A DNA stretch of 62,934 nt, counting the filler. It is 20 parts of 20 records of this genome, joined end to end, with 100 filler letters (N's around TTAATTAATTAA, not from the genome) between each part and the next. Parts side by side here need not be neighbours in the genome. Positions count along the whole stretch, not along the records: positions 55,369 to 59,877 come from SRR16133337_10513; positions 59,978 to 62,934 come from SRR16133337_10517; 18 more parts are not named here. One strand, given 5' to 3'. The translations under genes and the position numbers were made by a program. Shown here piece after piece: positions 59,801 through 62,934 of this stretch. Within the stretch, counting starts at the first letter, position 1; the number at the start of each line of letters is the position of its first letter. The notes below the pieces were generated by a model that was given only the letters and a program-made list of their open reading frames with translations, made no database searches and was not told where the DNA came from.

Positions 59801-60045
59801 ATGAATCAATTATAACTGTCTTGCAGAGATGGTGATGCAGTGAAACCGTGATGCAGTGATACGGTGAAACCGTTTTTNNNNNNNNNNNNNNNNNNNNNNN
59901 NNNNNNNNNNNNNNNNNNNNNTTAATTAATTAANNNNNNNNNNNNNNNNNNNNNNNNNNNNNNNNNNNNNNNNNNNNGAAGTGATTTCACAAATCACTCC
60001 ATAGGATCAGTTCTGAAAAACCACGGTAGTGAAAGCCTTAGTGAA

Positions 60046-61338
60046 TTAAATGAATAGGAAAACAACGGGAATTGGATAATATAAAATACTTTTGTCCTTC
60101 AATTTAAGGCGTCCCAAGAACATGTTGTATGAAAATAAAACTAATAATGACACACACCTGATGGCACGTTCGATAGTGAGTGAATTTCGAATTTTGGCAG
60201 GGTGTTCATCACTAGTCTTGCGGTAAAATTTGAAGAACACTTCCTCTCCTGCCCATCCACCCCTGTCCAAAATGCGCCTAATGGGAACCCCAGCAACATA
60301 ACATTTAGTTGCACTAGCCGCCCGAAAATCGCCTGGTGTAAAATCAGAAATATTACAAGCTGTGAGTGTGTCCTGAAGGATAACGCTCACTGTGTAAGGA
60401 CTTAAAGAAGAAGACTTAGGATGCTTCTTTGTAATAGGAGGAAAAAAGCCCAAGAATGTGAAAAGACCATCAAAGGCTTCACGCTCATGTAAATATGCCA
60501 AATTATGTGGCGTAGAGCAATAAAATTTGCCTTTAAATTTGGCTGATAAAATGCGGTAGGTTGGGCCAAAATCAGAAGCACCAGGTCTATAACTCTTGCC
60601 ACGAAACAAACTACAAGTAAAAGCAGATGCATATTGTTCTTTTTCACTCGTTACAACGCCCTTAGGGATATCAAACTCAAGTTTAACACGAGATTTAAAT
60701 AAATTAGACGCGCAACGTCGTTGACATAACATGTCAATAATAAACAAAACTACAGCCCTATCACGCAATTGGTGATACGAAAGGCGATCACAAGGGCCCA
60801 TCGAATGTAAATATGATAAGATAATAGAAATATCAAAAACCCCAACACGCCGTGGACGAGCGGGGTGAAGCCTAAAGGCGGCATCAATGAGTAAATTATT
60901 AATGTCCATAAACGAGCCAAAAAATTTCATCATGAAAGAAAATGTTTCTTTCATTTGTTTGGCTGGACCGGCACTGGAAGATGTGCCAATAAAAGACGCT
61001 ATGCATTCAGTGCCACTAGGGCCTTTGAAATCGAAAACGCACACGCTTTCATTTTTTGCAAATTTGGCCCAGTGACGCCACTTGTAGAACTTATTTTTAA
61101 AAGTCGATGAAGCACGACATTTGGTGAGCAATTGAGCAACTTTTTGCGAAATTCCGCGACACGTGAGAATGTGCTTGATACAGGCATACAGATCAGAGGC
61201 ACTGTCAAATTGGTCACAAAGGCATGAATGAATTTCACTTGGGGAGGCGCTTGCAAAAGGGTGGGACGCATCGGCAGCAACAAAGGATAATCCACTAAAA
61301 AAGATAACACACGATTGAAAAATGTTTGGGTCGGCCAA
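60046..61338 (-). CDS. DIRS tyrosine recombinase
   Basis: RASSTFKNKFYKWRHWAKF, FDISIILSYL, LRDRAVVLF, FRAASAT, GGW...FFKFYRK. Confidence 0.85.
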   Translation of the reverse strand: MADPNIFQSCVIFFSGLSFVAADASHPFASASPSEIHSCLCDQFDSASDLYACIKHILTCRGISQKVAQLLTKCRASSTFKNKFYKWRHWAKFAKNESVCVFDFKGPSGTECIASFIGTSSSAGPAKQMKETFSFMMKFFGSFMDINNLLIDAAFRLHPARPRRVGVFDISIILSYLHSMGPCDRLSYHQLRDRAVVLFIIDMLCQRRCASNLFKSRVKLEFDIPKGVVTSEKEQYASAFTCSLFRGKSYRPGASDFGPTYRILSAKFKGKFYCSTPHNLAYLHEREAFDGLFTFLGFFPPITKKHPKSSSLSPYTVSVILQDTLTACNISDFTPGDFRAASATKCYVAGVPIRRILDRGGWAGEEVFFKFYRKTSDEHPAKIRNSLTIERAIRCVSLLVLFSYNMFLGRLKLKDKSILYYPIPVVFLFI

Positions 61339-62934
61339 AAAGGGACAACCAACAACATTAAAGTGGGCGAGTCACGTGTTAATCGATTAATAATTCTGTC
61401 CAACAAAATGAAAGGAGGGAAAGCGTAGACTGTACTAAATTGACACCACTTTTCATCTTTACGTAAGAAATCAACGTAAAGAGCGTCAGGTTGGGGGTTA
61501 AATGAAACATATGTATCAACTTGTTTGTTAGCAAAGGACGCGAAAGCATCTATATCGGGAGTTCCGTAAAGAGCACAAATCCTCAAAAAACAAAGGCGTG
61601 AAAGACGCCAATCCGAAGTATCATGGAAATGACGGGAACCAAAATCAGCTAAGTTCGCTTTGGTGTTAACATAGAAAAATTTTAAGATGATATCGCGTGA
61701 AACTGAAAAACGCACACATTCCTCAACCGGACGTAAAAATTTTCGAATTTTTCCACATTGTTTCGCAAAATATGAAAGAGCTGTCGTATTGTCAATACCA
61801 ATGGAGATAGTACAATGCGATAAATTGTTGGATTGAACGAACGAAAGAATAGAATTTCGAGTTGCAAGAATTTCCAAAAAATTATTATGTAAAGAGAGCT
61901 CATGTGGTGACCATAGACCTTGAGATGAAGTATGTGGAAGTATACGATCACCTTTAGAAACAATAAATGCCCAACCAGTGCCACCAGAAGCATCAACATG
62001 CAAAATAAAATGTTGGTGAGGATCTGTCAAAGGCTTAAAATTCCAACAATGAATTTTTGAAATCCAACGTTCCCATTCAAGACAAAGTGCATCAGGTAAC
62101 GTTACATGCTCAGAATAATCAATACCTTGGGAAATACAGGAACGAACAAAGATATCAGTTTCAATACAATGAATGCGCATATTTTTCAATGCCAAAATAT
62201 TAGATGAAAATTTACCGAGTGCACTACACACGTCGCGCAGGCAAACGGAGTTGTGAGCTTTGTGAATACTGATTAACTGACGCACAGAATCAAGAATAAT
62301 ATCGATTTTGTCTTGTGAAATACCAATGGTCATGTCAGAGGAATTAAAAATGTAGCCTAAGGATGCATAAATGTGGGAAGGTGACGGATTTGATTTTGCA
62401 ATATTCCTATGAAAACCGAGAGCACTCCATAAGCAATCAACCAAAAATTGATTTTGGAATGCTGTAACTTCGTGATTTGCACAAGAATGGGTGATCGTGG
62501 TCCCATCATCGAGGTAAACTAACCGAGAAATATTAAGTAAACGCATTTCGCGGGTCACAGCAGCTGCTAGTTTTGTGTACAAGTAACTGGCAGGTGCGAA
62601 ACCAAACTGCATCACGGAAAAGCAAACAGGTTTATCATCAAGCCAGAGGCAGAAAAATTTTTGTGATTTCTCATTGAGAGAGATGTGGTGATATGCATCA
62701 CGTAAATCCTCACCACTGAAAAAACAATCCTGTGACATTTCACATGCTAATTGCTTAGCACCTGTCATACGGAAATAAGGGCAACGGACATGTGCGTTTA
62801 ATGGCTTTAAATTGGAAACCGGACGAATACCTCCATCTTTTTTGGGAACCACAAAAATATGGTGGAAAAATGCATATTCAATGTCACCAGTAAAAGGAAT
62901 CAATTTACCTTGTTCAAGCCAGTCATAAAGTAAA
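60999..62934 (-). CDS. DIRS reverse transcriptase-RNase H-methyltransferase-like polyprotein (partial)
   Basis: FVVPKKDGGIRPVSNLKPLN, DLRDAYHHI, MQFG, YLDD; RNase H DAS/LEILA/DNTTA/NLADFGSR; MT-like IDAFAS...YAFPPF; the frame is open to the window end. Confidence 0.93.
   Translation of the reverse strand, partial: LLYDWLEQGKLIPFTGDIEYAFFHHIFVVPKKDGGIRPVSNLKPLNAHVRCPYFRMTGAKQLACEMSQDCFFSGEDLRDAYHHISLNEKSQKFFCLWLDDKPVCFSVMQFGFAPASYLYTKLAAAVTREMRLLNISRLVYLDDGTTITHSCANHEVTAFQNQFLVDCLWSALGFHRNIAKSNPSPSHIYASLGYIFNSSDMTIGISQDKIDIILDSVRQLISIHKAHNSVCLRDVCSALGKFSSNILALKNMRIHCIETDIFVRSCISQGIDYSEHVTLPDALCLEWERWISKIHCWNFKPLTDPHQHFILHVDASGGTGWAFIVSKGDRILPHTSSQGLWSPHELSLHNNFLEILATRNSILSFVQSNNLSHCTISIGIDNTTALSYFAKQCGKIRKFLRPVEECVRFSVSRDIILKFFYVNTKANLADFGSRHFHDTSDWRLSRLCFLRICALYGTPDIDAFASFANKQVDTYVSFNPQPDALYVDFLRKDEKWCQFSTVYAFPPFILLDRIINRLTRDSPTLMLLVVPFWPTQTFFNRVLSFLVDYPLLLPMRPTLLQAPPQVKFIHAFVTNLTVPLICMPVSSTFSRVAEFRKKLLNCSPNVVLHRLLKISSTSGVTGPNLQKMKACAFSISKALVALNA

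Larger units (their letters stand above)
59978..62934 (-). mobile_element. DIRS-like tyrosine-recombinase retrotransposon (5' truncated by window end)
   Basis: An RT-RNaseH-MT ORF overlaps a downstream YR ORF in a different frame, the canonical DIRS1 layout. Confidence 0.92.

Noticed and set aside
52202-62934. Functional link between the bacterial YR-ATPase, the glycan locus and the DIRS RT/YR
   Set aside because: They are on different contigs separated by artificial spacers and come from different domains of life.

Overview
This window is not one locus. It is a concatenation of 20 unrelated contigs joined by 19 artificial 100-nt spacers (44 N + TTAATTAATTAA + 44 N), with Illumina adapter remnants at two contig ends. 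(1) Most contigs come from an intron-rich, AT-rich eukaryote. Exons I could reconstruct include BRCA2-like BRC repeats, NMNAT, a Reeler domain, ankyrin repeats, a CaiB/BaiF CoA-transferase, a UMOD/GP2 D8C domain, Myxococcus-type Cys-rich repeats and a CNOT1-like fragment, plus MITEs. (2) Four contigs look like Bacteroidota/Flavobacteriaceae. One is a prophage- or satellite-like replication module (KilA-N, LuxR-HTH, DnaG primase-helicase, iteron array). One is an Eco57I/BpmI-like type IIG R-M pair with a broken RM gene. One carries vapE, an iteron array and a tyrosine recombinase-AAA ATPase-membrane fusion. One is part of a polysaccharide locus containing a MurA paralogue. All four carry gene lesions. 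(3) Eukaryotic retroelements are present: an intact L1/Tx1-like ORF2, a DIRS-like element, and a GC-rich, heavily mutated (RIP-like) contig. The best candidate for an undescribed system is the catalytic-only tyrosine recombinase fused to a P-loop ATPase and two TM helices, beside a VapE helicase and an origin-like repeat array. All family assignments come from motif recognition by eye; no searches were run.
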